A stretch of 62,693 nucleotides of DNA, filler included, from Basidioascus undulatus (lineage: Eukaryota): the NCBI GenBank assembly GCA_000826855.1. It is 5 parts of 5 records of this genome, joined end to end, with 100 filler letters (N's around TTAATTAATTAA, not from the genome) between each part and the next. Parts side by side here need not be neighbours in the genome. Positions count along the whole stretch, not along the records: positions 29,005 to 37,360 come from JTLS01001403.1; positions 37,461 to 45,814 come from JTLS01001404.1; 3 more parts are not named here. One strand, 5' to 3'. The translations under genes were made by a program, and so were the position numbers. A model generated the notes under the pieces. The model saw only the letters and a list, made by a program, of their open reading frames with translations, did not search any database and had not been told where the DNA came from. This document shows positions 30,231 to 42,291 of the stretch, piece by piece; positions within the stretch are counted from its first letter, which is position 1; every line of letters starts with the position of its first letter.

Positions 30231-31080
30231 TGTCATCCTGACAATGAACTGGAATTGTCAGAGTGACAGATTGCTTAGCAACTGTCACAATAGTCCACTC
30301 TGTCCACTTTCTGAGGATGACAATAAGAAGAGAACACCTTCTGTTGGGATGACAACCACAAAGCCTTCAATCAAGACAACCAAAAGCCTCTATGTCTGAA
30401 CAGCAACCAGGAGGCATTTTATCAGGACAATTCCAGTCCACTCTGGCTGTCATCCTGGCAGAATGACAAGCACAAGGGTTGCTCTCAGGATGACAACCAC
30501 AAAGCTTGCTGTCAGATGACAATGGCAAGGGTTTCTGTTGGGGTGATTATTTCAATCCACTCTGTCAGGATGACAACTACCAAGCATTCTGTCATTTCAG
30601 GATGACAAGGAGAAGGCCTCCTCTCACAGAGACAATTCCAGTCCACTTTGTCAGAATGACAAACATAAGTGAATCCATCAGAATGACAATCAGAAGGCAT
30701 GCTGTCAGGGTGACAACATGATGGCATTCTCTCATTGTGACAATCAGAAGGGTTTCTGTTGGAATGACAACCACAAGGGATTCAGTCAAGATGACAATTG
30801 CCAGGCAGTCTGTCATTGTGACACTTCCATGCCACTCTGTCAGCATGACATGCACAGGGCATTCCATCACTAATGACAGTTCCATGCCACTTGGTCAGGA
30901 TGACAATTATCAGACATTCTCTCACTGTGTGAGAACCAGGAGGCTGAAAACAACTAGGCTTTCAGTCAGGCTGACAACAACATGCCAATATATGAGGAGA
31001 GGGCTTTCTTTCAAGCTGACAACCACAAAGGTTTCTGTCAGAATTACAACCATAAGCCCTCAGTCAGTATGACAATCAGA
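30231..31080. repeat. 27-bp period array: conserved palindrome TGTCA-NNN-TGACA plus variable 14-bp spacer
   Basis: Units start at 30595, 30622, 30649, 30676, 30703, 30730, 30757, 30784, 30811, 30838 and 30865 (exact 27-bp steps), with further units on both sides. Confidence 0.88.
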
Positions 31081-31281
31081 ACTGATTCTGTCAAGAGGAA
31101 AACCAGAGTGGTGCCCTCCTTTGCCAGGCTGACCTCAGTTTGGCACCTTTGACCATTATTCTCATCCTCATTGTCATTTTCCCTCTTGACCCATCAGCTC
31201 AGAACATGAACATATTCCAATGCATGCCCCCTCCTTCAGTTCAGTCCTGAGCTGCTTCATGAGGTGGGGCAGGGAATAGTC

Positions 31282-31422
31282 AGTCCAGGTCATACAATCC
31301 TTCAGGACATTGGGACATCCTGCAGGACATGAGGACACCCTTTGGAACATTGGGATGTCCCGGAGGATGTACTGCAGGACATGGGGACGTCCCAGAGGAC
31401 ATGAGGACATGAGGACATCTCC
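31282..31422. repeat. Degenerate array of GGACAT/ATGTCC motifs in both orientations
   Basis: caggacattgggacatcctgcaggacatgaggacaccc...gggacgtcccagaggacatgaggacatgaggacat. Confidence 0.75.
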
Positions 31423-32235
31423 TTTTGCAGCTCCTGCCACAGTGCATGGGGTGCTAGAGACTTGATCATCTTCCTCAAGGAAGATTTCCTGAAAAAAGGC
31501 AAAGAGCTATTCACAAAACCATCCATATGTCTTTGCCGGTCTCCCTTGTATACTTGCACTTCTATGCTTGCCTGACCCTTTTTTCACTTTCCAGCGGAGC
31601 AACTTGTGCCAACTTCCATATCACCGCTTTGCACTCCTCTTCCTCTTCCGGATCACATCTCCTGCGCATCATTTGGAACCCATCTCGAAAGGGCACAAGA
31701 TATCAACGACCTGCGGAAGCTGAGCCAGTGAGGCGGACATAATCTGAAGCACTACCTGCTGGCTTCTGGAGACCAGACATCACCGGCTTCCATATACTGA
31801 AAGCAGTGAAATGCAGAGTGTATCTGAATGCCCTCATAACTACTACCTAGAGGAAACCGTGCTTCCAGGAGCTCGAAGCGTAGCTCGAGTCCCCGGCAGG
31901 CAAGGACCGTCATCTTCGCCTTCCATCCATCCAGCCCTGCCCATGCACATCTCAGACATTTCCACAGCAAGATTGCTCCTGTACAAAGGCATGACCACGT
32001 GTGGACCCCATTCTCCAGCAAAGCCGCCGACCATCCAACCGGATCCACCGCCCACCTCTCCCGCCCGCAGCGCATCTCCGCCCACCTGTTCTCCGAACTC
32101 CCCTCATCCACACACGAGCTTCGCTCCCGATCACTGTTTCGTATCCATCAACACAATGCGCAACCATCCCTCTTCATCGCATCAACCCCATCTTCCCCTC
32201 CCGCGCACTTCCCTCCCACTCCCTCAGCCTCAGCG

Positions 32236-33747
32236 CTAAGCGCCCACCTTCCCCACAGCCGCCCTCGCCCTCGCTTCAGCCGCCACCCCCGGCCTGGGCA
32301 CCGCGAAGTTTCTCCTGTTCGTCACCACACCCCACACCCGAAACACCACATCAGCCCTCCATCCCCCTTTCCTCCCCCTCTCCCTTCTCTTTTCCACGCA
32401 CCTGTTCAAAAGCAGCCCCTTCAAACTCCTTATCTCGCTCCTAACCTGCGCGACGCCCGTCCCCCCCGCACTCGGGCCATAGCGCGGGGCGTTCGCAGCG
32501 TACTGCTGCGTCGTGATGTAGCTGGAGAGGGAGGAGATGGCGTCCCCCAGGGGGGCAGCGCGGGGGGTGGGGGTGGAGAGGCAGGCGGCGGGAAGGTCAC
32601 GAAGGGCAGCGGAGAGGGAGGAGATGGATGCGGAGAGGGGGTGGAGGAGGAGGGGGGTGCCTTGTGGCTTTTCGGCAACCACCTCATCCTCAGGGGGAGG
32701 GAGGAGCGCGGCGGACTCTTCCTCTGGCGCTGGGAGCTCCTCGGCCTCAGAGGAGGGGAGGACGGCGAGTTCGCGCTCGACCCCGGAGGCGAGGGATTGG
32801 TGCGAAAGGAGAGCGGAGAGGAACTTGTCGAAGAGCGAGAGTTGCACGGTCTGCAGCCCGGCGCGCGCAGAGCGCGAGGCGAGGAGGCGGGGGAGGGCAA
32901 AAGTCTGTTCCGCGTCCCATTGCACCCACCCAGCAGAGCACCATCAGCCACCATCCCATCCTTCGCGCCTGGAAACGAAGGGGAATTAAGGGGAAGAAGG
33001 AGATGAACGCACCCGCCACAAGACGGTGAACAACCCCGTCGCCCCGCCCGAGAGCGCCATGAGATACGCGAGCGCCTGGAAGAACTTGGGAAGCGTGCTG
33101 GGCGTGGGGGCGACGGCTGGCGCAAGAGGGGGAGCGTAGGGGCTGTAGGTGCGTGCTGGGACCGGGACAGGGACCGTGGATGGGTAGGCGAGCGCAGAGG
33201 GGTCGGAGGCGGCGGCTGCGGTTGCGGTTGCGGGTGGGGAGGCAGGAGCTTCGGCCTGTGGGAGACGGAAGAGTGTTTGAACATATTGAGCGGGAAGGTG
33301 AGAGGTGAGAGAAAGAATGGTGGACGAAGAAGGAAGACGCACCAGCACCCTCCCCAGCTCCTCCTCGCTCAGTCCCTTTCCCCTCAAGAACGCCCTCTTC
33401 CGCTCCTGCGTCGACCCACGCGCCGTCTCGCTCTCCAAGAACTTCCTCGCCAAATCCAGCAGTGCGCTCCGGTCCCCGCCGGGCGGGTTGGCCGCCTGCG
33501 TCGGCTCGCCGTCGCGGGAGGCGAGCTCGGCGGTGGAGGAGGATGAGGACGGGGATGCGAAGGGCGGCTGCGAACCGGACTGTGACAGGGCGCGGTGTCG
33601 CGCTTCGCGCAGGGTCGTGCGCCGCTCGAGGGAGGCGGAGTCGGAGCCGGCGGCAGGTGCGGCGGAGGAAGGGAGGGAGGTCGCTTCGGAGGGTTGGATG
33701 GGGGTGGGCGCAGACGCGGCGGGAGAGGGCGCGTCGTCGCCGGGCAT
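32236..33747 (-). CDS. Pex14-family peroxisomal membrane docking protein (Pex14 or Pex14/17-like; multi-exon)
   Basis: Pex14_N-like DRSALLDLARKFLESETARGSTQERKRAFLRGKGLSEEEL, a hydrophobic segment ALAYLMALSGGATGLFTVLW, and C-terminal VRSEIRSLKGLLLNRR. Confidence 0.78.
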
Positions 33748-35589
33748 TGCTACAAACACTAGAGTGCGCGCCGGCGCTGGAAAAATAGGCGTAGAAGATG
33801 GGCCCGCGGTGATGAGCGCACGACGAGAAGACCGTTCTGGATAACGGGCGAGCGAGCCCGGCTCAAGCGCTTGCCGGAGCGGCGGGGGTGGGGCGGGATT
33901 ACGTTTGCTGCGAAGGGGTTCACATGTCGTGTCTTCTCCTCTAGACGTAGCAGCAGCGCAATTGTCTTACAGATGCAACAAAGAACTTTCATGCAATTAC
34001 GGTCTAATATGAGCACCAGAGATTGGTGCTGCACTTGCTGCGTTCCGTCAGTCTCAGACGGCGACCTTGATCGAGCCAAGAGCGCGGAAGAGGAGGGTGT
34101 CCTGCTCCTACAGTAACCATCGTCGGCGCTGTTATTCGGAGCTCGACCGCCGGTCATTGATGAAAGGTCGTAGAGTAGCGCGACGGGAAGCAGGGCCTTG
34201 CAGCCTATAGATAACAGCCTGAGAGCAGATCTAGTGTTCTGAAGGAAGGTGGACCACACAGCTGGGACGTGGGCGTACGTCCGTCCGGGATGCACGTCGG
34301 TCGGGCCATGGTAGTCGCTTCGCACGGTGAAGCCTGCAGACCCCCTCACGGGCAATATACAACAAATCGGCTATATACCACAGTCACTATTGTCAACAGG
34401 ACCCTTCACGGTATCCCAATGCACACGCACACTCTCGTTCTGACTGGAGCCGGAATCGAACTGCACTCACCAGCCCACTTCGTCCTTAAGGACTGGGGAC
34501 TTGGGAGCCTCGCTGGAAGTCCAAAGGGTGTGCAATTAAAGGAAGAAGGCTTAGCGGGATGGGAGAAGTCGGTGGATGGGGAAGAGGTGCGAGCTGCAGA
34601 GCGTTCGGTGCGATACCACCTCACACACCACCTGAGATTTCAACGTCAGGTCCCACTTCTGACGAGGAAAATCACAACGTATCTCATGCAGGCGGATGGC
34701 GGATGGCTGAGGCTGAGCACCGTGCTGCAAGGCGTACGCTGCAGCATATTGTTCGTTGAATGTTAGCTTGTTTGGCTGCCGGCGACGCTGAAGCTGTTCC
34801 CACTTTGTCCCTGGCCAGATATAGGTCTCCAACCTTACAGAGTTGATTCATTGAAGCATTGCCTTCTCATTCCATATGGCTCGTGGTGCGCCGCACAACG
34901 AACCGTGTGCGGAAACTCGAAGCTGGGTGCCGCTGCTGATGCTCGTTCCGCTTGGCTGCCCCCACCAAGCAGAAAACCCCTCATAATGCTACGAGAGTAA
35001 ATTACCGCGGCCAACGCAGCGTTCCCATCGTGCCGCACGTAGGGAGGTCCAGACGAAAGCGGGAAAGTAAAGAAGAGGCGATGAGGGAGGCAAGCACTGT
35101 CGACGTCTACACTCAGCAACGGCCAATATTGTGCAAGCGCCATGCGGGTGAGCAGCAAGACCACATGCATACTGTAGAGTTTACTCGTGCATCGGTTTCA
35201 AATAGACCAAACCAACATATATGCCAGTACAGGCAATACTCAAAAGCAACTACGAGGCTGAAGGAGAAGAGTGTTCGATCAAGCCAGCAAGGTGAATATA
35301 TAGAAGGCACAGAACACCGTGCAGCAGAGGCAGTGTCGCATGGCAACGTGGTCAGTGAGCTGCGAAGACCGCGAGGCCTGCGCGTTAGTAATCTTCTGCC
35401 CTCGCTCCCGGCTTCAATCCCCTGATCAGAAGCTTGTCTCATAAGTCGGCTTTCGTCGCCGCTTCCGAGGGTTTGCGGCGGCATTCTCACTCATCACCCC
35501 GCAGAAAGCGACGATGCAGCGTCCGTACCCATTTGTGACGTGCTGATGATTTAGGGCTCGGACCGTCGGCGAAAGCGAGCAAGACGTGA

Positions 35590-35930
35590 CGTCTCCATAT
35601 TTCCTCTCCACCGCCCTGCCCCAGCTGCAGTCCTTCTGCGGCTGGGTCGACAATGCCCTCGCCCTTCTCTCATACGGCACGCGTCCCCTCCGCGCGCTTA
35701 GCGGAATCGACCTGTGGTCTAGCCCCAGCGCTTGGTCGGACTCGTCGGATTCGGGTAGAGATGAGGACGGTACCGAGAGACGGTTCTTGGCTGTTATGGC
35801 AGAGCATGGGCGGTGGAGAAGCTCGAGCTTAATGGCTGGGAGTCGTGCTCTCCTGAAAGCCTCGCTAAGCTGGGCGACGCAGCAAGTAATCTGCACCATC
35901 TCAATCTCCAAACTTCGCTCAAGCGAGTAC
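35590..35930 (+). pseudogene. Possible frameshifted fragment of an LRR/F-box-like protein
   Basis: LPQLQSFCG..PLRALSG..FLAVMAEHG continues in another frame as VEKLELNG..LAKLGDAASNLHHLNL (LxxLxL pattern). No clear start. Confidence 0.3.
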
Positions 35931-36120
35931 CAACCTGTTCCGATCTCGTTTTGACGCATTCGCTGATCAAGTCCCACGACCTAGACGCCGTGGATCTCCA
36001 GCTTTTCACACTTCACGCATCTCCAAGTCCTCCTCGGCTTTCCGCTAATCCCGCATCTTCACACCGTCCGGCCCGCCGCTCATCCCACACCTTGCCGCGG
36101 TCCCTGGCTTCGTATACGGA

Positions 36121-36216
36121 AGCCCATTGTCGCACCGAGTCCCAAAGTCGCCCTGAGTCCCAACGCCGCCCCGAGCCCCTTCGTCGCCCCGAGCCCCAAC
36201 GTCGCCCCGAGCCCCG
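36121..36216. repeat. 18-bp minisatellite, about 5 copies (AGCCCCAACGTCGCCCCG)
   Basis: agtcccaaagtcgccctg agtcccaacgccgccccg agccccttcgtcgccccg agccccaacgtcgccccg. Confidence 0.85.
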
Positions 36217-37360
36217 TCCAGCGCCAACAGGTTGACTCCGACTTGCGCTCGCTCGCGCGCGCGTGTCCCAGTCTCAGAGTGTTGGGCGGCCCTACCTCGT
36301 CCGCGCCGGTTGCTATGTTTGTTCGGGAGGCAGGTGGTGAGTTGCGTGATTGGAAAGTAGTCAGGAGTGCGAGTGGGAGAAGGGGATGGTGAGGTAGGCG
36401 TGGGCAGGCGAGGTGCAGGACGGAGGATGCCGCCGAAAGCTTGCATACGTGATAGACTGATTCCCAGCATATTCGATGATCTTGTCATATATCTGGCTTA
36501 TCCTCGTTTAGTTGTGCACTTTAGAGAGATAGAAAGCTTTGGTTTGCGACGTAGCCCGAGCCAGAGCTGGATGACGTTCGCTTCAAGCCCCACTCGATGG
36601 GTCGGGAAAGGAAGCTGCTTAGAGCGATGTCTTAATGCCCACGGAACGAATCAGCTCTAACAAGCCACAACTGTAGTGGTCGAGCTCGATTACACCTGCA
36701 TGACACTGACCGCTGGAACTGAGGCTAGAATCAGGCGTAAACAACGCTGCCTCTGACGACCGTGCTACTTACCGCCTCGCTGCCCCTTGCAATCCTCTGA
36801 TCGCTCTGCCCGTCTGTCGGCGAACCTCACCTGCAGCCGCCGAAGTCGCGCGGAGCAGCTGCAGGTCGCAGAGCAGAGCATCGGCCGTGCTCAGAAATCA
36901 AACGCAAGAGCGGGTGCTCTGCTCCGCGGCGTGCTCCTCGATCGCATGGTTGGTATCCGCTGAGCGTTTCCGGTTGAGTCGAGCTGTGGAAATCTGAGAG
37001 AACAGCGTGAGCAGAGGCACAATTGGTAGGCCAAGAAGAGAGGTAACGCGACGGACCGCCTCAACTCCTTGCTCATCCCAGCTGCCTTGAATCTTCCCAT
37101 GCTACTTCGACCACACATCCCACTGACACCTCGGCACCTTAGTCCTCCTTCACGCAGTCCCGTTTACTCCTCCTCTCGGTTGGTATATACAACATCTTAC
37201 CCTACTGCACGTACTGCTCCTTTCGATGGACCTACAATCAGACCACCCGAGCGCGAGAAACGCACGCCAAAAGCTGCGCCTGAGATGGCCGACCAGGCCT
37301 TCGTTTGCCGTGATCACGGGTTAAAGGCTTCAATATGGCAGTTATCATATTGATGTATTT

Positions 37361-37460
37361 NNNNNNNNNNNNNNNNNNNNNNNNNNNNNNNNNNNNNNNN
37401 NNNNTTAATTAATTAANNNNNNNNNNNNNNNNNNNNNNNNNNNNNNNNNNNNNNNNNNNN
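37361..37460. other. Artificial contig linker
   Basis: 44 N + TTAATTAATTAA + 44 N. Confidence 0.99.
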
Positions 37461-37763
37461 CTCCTCCTCCTCCTCCTCCTCCACCCAAGCATCCAGCAGT
37501 GCATGCTCCGCCCTCAGCACCTCCCACGCCCTCGGGGCGCGCTCGCGGAGGAAGGGGGCGTAAGAGGGCGGGAACGAGAGGGGCAGACGAACGAATATGT
37601 CTGTCCTCCCCCGGTGAAAGACGGACATGTTGTGGAAGAAGGTCTCGACGAGGCCGAGCGGGCGGGTTTGTGCGCCCGGGATGGAGGGGTGCGGCGACCA
37701 GGGTAGGGAGGGGGGACGGGAGAGGATGTAGTGCCGCTGCGAGGCGAGGGGGAGGGAACCCAT
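37461..37763 (-). CDS. 5' end of a hypothetical protein (truncated by contig end)
   Basis: ATG after a pyrimidine-rich leader; ORF MGSLPLASQRHYILSRPP...RPLGLVETFFHNMS...AWEVLRAEHALL is open to the contig end. Confidence 0.55.
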
Positions 37764-38370
37764 GATGGGAGGTGGAAATGCGGGGGAGGGGAGGAGGCAG
37801 GAGGAGGAGGAGGGCAGGGCAAGAAAGAAGACGCGAGTGGGTGCGGCGTCGGTCAGGGACCGGAAGCCCGGGCCGGTGACTCAAATCAAAGACGCTCGCA
37901 GCCTCGAGCTGGTGAATTTTTTTCGTCTGCAAATAAAAACCAATGCGGTATGTAGTCCCGGCATATGGTTGTTGGAAAGATGTTCGTTTCGAACGCAACG
38001 TCGTCCTGGTTAGGTCCGGCGACACGACCCCAACCTCTTCATCATCAACCCACCTTAATTAACTCCACCTTTCTCTCTGTCCTCGGCACAGCCAGGCTTC
38101 ATCGACTCTGAAGCGCGAGAACGTTGTCTACTCTGCGTTCTGGCGCTCGCTGCACTTTTCCGCTGGCTCGCGTGGATGCCATTTACACTCCGCTTTCCTT
38201 ATGCCCATCCAGTGCTCTCCGTTGTAGATCACTTTGGCATGCGATCAGGACATCGCTTACAGCCGAGTTCCTCGACGCTTAGATGCGCCATTCCATCCCG
38301 CAGTATGTGTCGGTTAGACTATATGCTCAGCGATCCCTTGCTTTTCGCTCGTACGCGATGGGAGTTAAAA

Positions 38371-38421
38371 CAGTTGGCTGCGGGAAGCAGTTGGCTGCGG
38401 GAAGCAGTTGGCTGCGGGAAG
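38371..38421. repeat. Three perfect tandem copies of the 17-mer CAGTTGGCTGCGGGAAG
   Basis: Copies at 38371, 38388 and 38405. Confidence 0.95.
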
Positions 38422-38458
38422 AAGGCGCGAAGGAGGGGTGGGGAGAAGCAGGACGGAC

Positions 38459-38576
38459 CTGGACGACGTTTTGTGCGTATTGTCGGAGGACGATAATTGT
38501 GTTTTTGTCAATTTCTTTGTTTTCGACGAGGTGGTTGAGCTGAGTCGCCAGCATCGCTTGGAGGAAGTACTCTCCC
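38459..38576 (-). pseudogene. Isolated exon fragment of replication protein A 70 kDa subunit (RPA1/RFA1 N-terminal OB fold)
   Basis: GEYFLQAMLATQLNHLVENKEIDKNTIIVLRQYAQNVVQ followed by a GT donor. I see no other RPA1 exons on either side. Confidence 0.75.
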
Positions 38577-39039
38577 GGCTTACACCGTTTAGTACCTTGA
38601 GGCTGCGCTCTCTTCCAGGGTGGCCGGCCGCCTCGCTCCTGCCGGTGCACTGTGCAAGTTGAACCCGATTTCACCACCATTCGTTGACAGCAGGGATAGA
38701 TCGAGGCGCTCCATATTTCCTGTCGCGAACGTCGTAGTTGACGGACTCTTGGAAAGTCGGGTCTCAGCATCTGCGGTTGCGTTATTACCTACGGCGCCCA
38801 GCGAGACCCATCGGTCGAACCCGCTGTGAACGCGCAAGATGCCAATAGGGCGGGAAAATATTCGGACTTGAATGACCTGGCTAAAGTATGAACGAGATAC
38901 CCATGGTCACATGCGAAGGCGTTTAGCTCTTCCTCCGTAGCCATCACGGGCACTGGCTCTCTGCCGAGGTCAATGTTGGCATACTCGGCCGCTACATTCG
39001 CCACACACCGTCCCTAGTCGGCGCCACTTCTCCCTCCCT

Positions 39040-39315
39040 CCCTCTGACCTCACCGTCGGGCTCTGCTGGCGTAGAGGCAAGTCAGCCCAAGGCCGGACCT
39101 GCCTCTGCGGTCGCCCCTTCCGCCACACCCACACCACCTGCGTCAACACCGCCATCGCTGCCAGGCTTCCCAATACCCCTGTCATCCTCGGCAATGACCT
39201 AACCATCACCCACTTCACCCTCATCGACCACCTCCTCAATGCTGCGCCCCACACCGCCGGTCCCACCCTCCGCGCCACCCTCCGTCAAGCATCCGAACAC
39301 GTCTCATCCCTACAT
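39040..39315 (+). mobile_element. Possible 3' remnant of a non-LTR retrotransposon ORF
   Basis: LCWRRGKSAQGRTCLCGRPFRHTHTTC...TLIDHLLN* resembles the Cys/His C-terminus of fungal LINE-like RT ORFs. No RT motifs are visible. Confidence 0.35.
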
Positions 39316-40457
39316 AGCCTAGTCCTTCTCCTGCTGGTGCAAAGCTGTCGCCCACGTGGTTTTGGTGCTGGCCTGGCCCCTTCCCGCTTCTGTATCCCCT
39401 CCTGTTGCCCATTAGCGGCCCTTCTCGCTCCTGTACTCTACTCCTCCTGTTGCCCATTAGCGGCGTCGCATGCAGAGCTCTTAACGCCTAACCCCTGCAG
39501 TGGCCAAATCTTTTGCTTCCCATGGATGCCTTGTCTGATACGACTGCCAGGCCAGGCCAGCCATGCAAAGATGCGAACGAGCTACGGGGCCGACTGCGAC
39601 ATGCTCTCGCCAGCCCCTGGCATTCTGTTCCACTGGCCCGTGTTTTCCCTCACAGGAAGTTTTTTTTCCGTTCCTCGTTAGGCTAGACAGCCTAGCATTT
39701 TGGACGCGCGTGCCTCTTTCGGGTGCAAGTCCAGCGAGAAGGAAGGCACTTCTGGTTCACGTGCCAAAGCATAGTTCTCCTTCCATCGGTCCAGCCATAG
39801 TCGAGGCGATACTGTCTTTTTGTTATGATATTTACGACTAATACAATTGTCGCCCATCCCCATCCGCATACGCATCCCTATCCTTTCCAACCTTACCCAC
39901 GCTCTTCCACAAAACAATGCTCACGCCTGGATGGTCATGACTGAGTAGTTGTGGCAGCAGTCACTGCCGCCGCACATCCTTGCCCTACAAACACTACATA
40001 CCACCAGCCCATCATTGCAAGGTGTTCTGCATAAGATTGCTCCGACATTTCGAACAGCGCTCGTGGGCGCCGAAGCTGAAAAGGTCGCATCTGCTCGCGA
40101 GTCCTGCACTGGTCTTCCCGCAAACTTAAGCATGCTGCGGAGCTGCAACGGACTTTGATTTATTAACACTCCTGTTCTGCAAAGACACGCCACTCGCAGT
40201 CATAAAGAGGCGAGAGGTGATGTCACAACCGTTCTTGCAAGTTTGAGAGGCTGGCAGGCTGCATCCAGTCCGCTGAACATCTCCCGACTTCAGCAGGGAG
40301 GGGCCGCATTTGGTATTCGAATAGGGTATTTTTACGCACTCGGATAGGAATATAAGTACTGCTGAACACCCGGATTGCTCATATTGCAGGTCTTTGCTGC
40401 TCTCCGCTCGACTCCTCACAGCAGAGCACTTGATCTTGGCACGCCCACCTGCCTGCC

Positions 40458-42004
40458 ATGCGCTCCAGCACGCTCACATCCTTCTTTGCGACCCTCTTCT
40501 TGCTCTGTTCTCTCCTCGCCTCCGCGCACTACAACCACTTCTTCTACCCTCGTCAAGTCTTGGACCCGCAAGCAGCTGCAGGCTCTTCCCCCATGCAATC
40601 CAACGACACTGCTACGTCTACTTCGGACGCAGTATCTGACGCATCGAGCATGCCGACTGACGCCTCAAGCACCACTGGCACATCGAGCACCCCAACTCCC
40701 TCGGCAACAGGCCCTCCGAGTGCCCAGGACCGGTACGACCAGCTGCAGAACGCCATGACGCTCGTCGACCGCATCGCCATCCTCGAGTCAGACAGTGAGT
40801 TTGTGTTCGACTTCTTTGGGCAAAAGAGCTCCAGTGCGGTCGTGAATGGGACACGAGGTGAGGCATTTGTTTAAACTCTGGCCTTGCGCACCGTCATTGA
40901 CCTTGGATCTTGTACAGAGGGACGAGGAGGCTATACGATCTCGGCCTTCGTTGGAAACTTCCCGGCTGTGTACCAGAACGGAGGGGCCATGACGCTCGGT
41001 CTGCTTGAACCCTGCGGTCTCAACACGTACGCCTCAATATCGTCCCCTCCGAGATATCTATTACTCATTCGTAGACCAATGTACTTATGTGATCACTGCT
41101 TTTTCGTTATATTCCCAGCCCGCACACTCACCCTCGCGCCTCGGAGTTCAACTTGTGAGCCACCCATTTCATTCCGGTGTCCTTATCCACAGATGCTAAA
41201 TTATTTATCTCTTCTTTCCATAGCATCGTGCACGGCAACCGCATTCGCACAGGCATGCTTGCCGAGGACGGTGCTCGCCTCGTCATGAACGACCTGCAGG
41301 CAGGTTCGATGACTGTCATCCCCCAAGGGGCTATGCACTTGTCCGTCACATTATAATATTATAAACCTACCATGATCAATCACAACATACTAACCGGCTG
41401 AGTCAACTCGTGCTTCCCTGTCATACTTGCCAACAGCGAGCAGAATCTCAGCTGCAAACCCGCCGTCTTCATTTCGGGTGCGTCTTGTCGGCATGTCCAG
41501 GCCTTCTTCAAAGCTCTTCCGGAATCTATTCTCAGGGGCCTGATTCCTTCTTTGAATCGAAAGCTTTCAACTTCGAGGACCCGGGCATTCAGCGGACCTT
41601 CGGCGACTTTGCCATGCTCCCGGTCGATGTCATCGCTGTGCGTAGTCTCAAGTTGCTTCTAACTTCTCCGGTTGTCACCCGCTCAAAAAATGTCGTTTGA
41701 GAGTTGTAGGCGACTCTCGGAACGCACCACGAGTTCAAGCATGGCTTCAACGACTCCATCCCTTTCAATGTTGCGCTCGGTGAGCGGAGGTTTCCTGTTG
41801 TCGATCTTTTTTGCAAGACCGCCCTAGGCTCGAGTCCATGGTCTGCTCACTTTCCGCCCCCTCTTTACACCCACAGGCGTCCACCAGTGCCTCAAGCACT
41901 GTGGCTTCGATGGGGAGCATCGCCGCCACCGCGAGAATGAGCGCGAGCGCCTCGACCTCTGGGAGTTCGCGCGTATGCTTGGCAGGGATCATCATGATGA
42001 GTGA
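40458..42004 (+). CDS. Secreted spherulin/germin-like RmlC cupin protein (multi-exon)
   Basis: Signal peptide MRSSTLTSFFATLFLLCSLLASA, Ser/Thr linker, FVFDF, germin box EPCGLNT|PHTHPRASE, PQGAMHFEQNLSC, AFNFEDPG, CLKHCG. Confidence 0.9.
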
Positions 42005-42291
42005 GGGTTTGCATACCAAACCACGGCGCGTTGGGACAGCTTTCCTTGATATATAGCATATGTAGTACTTCTGTATTGTTTACAGGACGTGGGATAGAAT
42101 GATACCTCTGTCATGCATATGTTCCTCACCTGTACACGAGAGCACTCGGAGACGAGCCTAGTGTGCGAGAAGAGACGCATCACACTGTCTGCTCTATTTT
42201 ATATCCACCCCCAATCAATCCTCTTCCCGCCTCTCACCCTCCCCTACAACGTCCCTCCTCCTTCCCTCCTTTCACCTCCTCGATGGCCAAC

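Noticed and set aside
30231..31080. CRISPR array interpretation of the 27-bp repeat/spacer pattern
   Set aside because: Eukaryotic context, a repeat of only 13 bp that is degenerate, 14-bp spacers that partly recur, and no cas genes.
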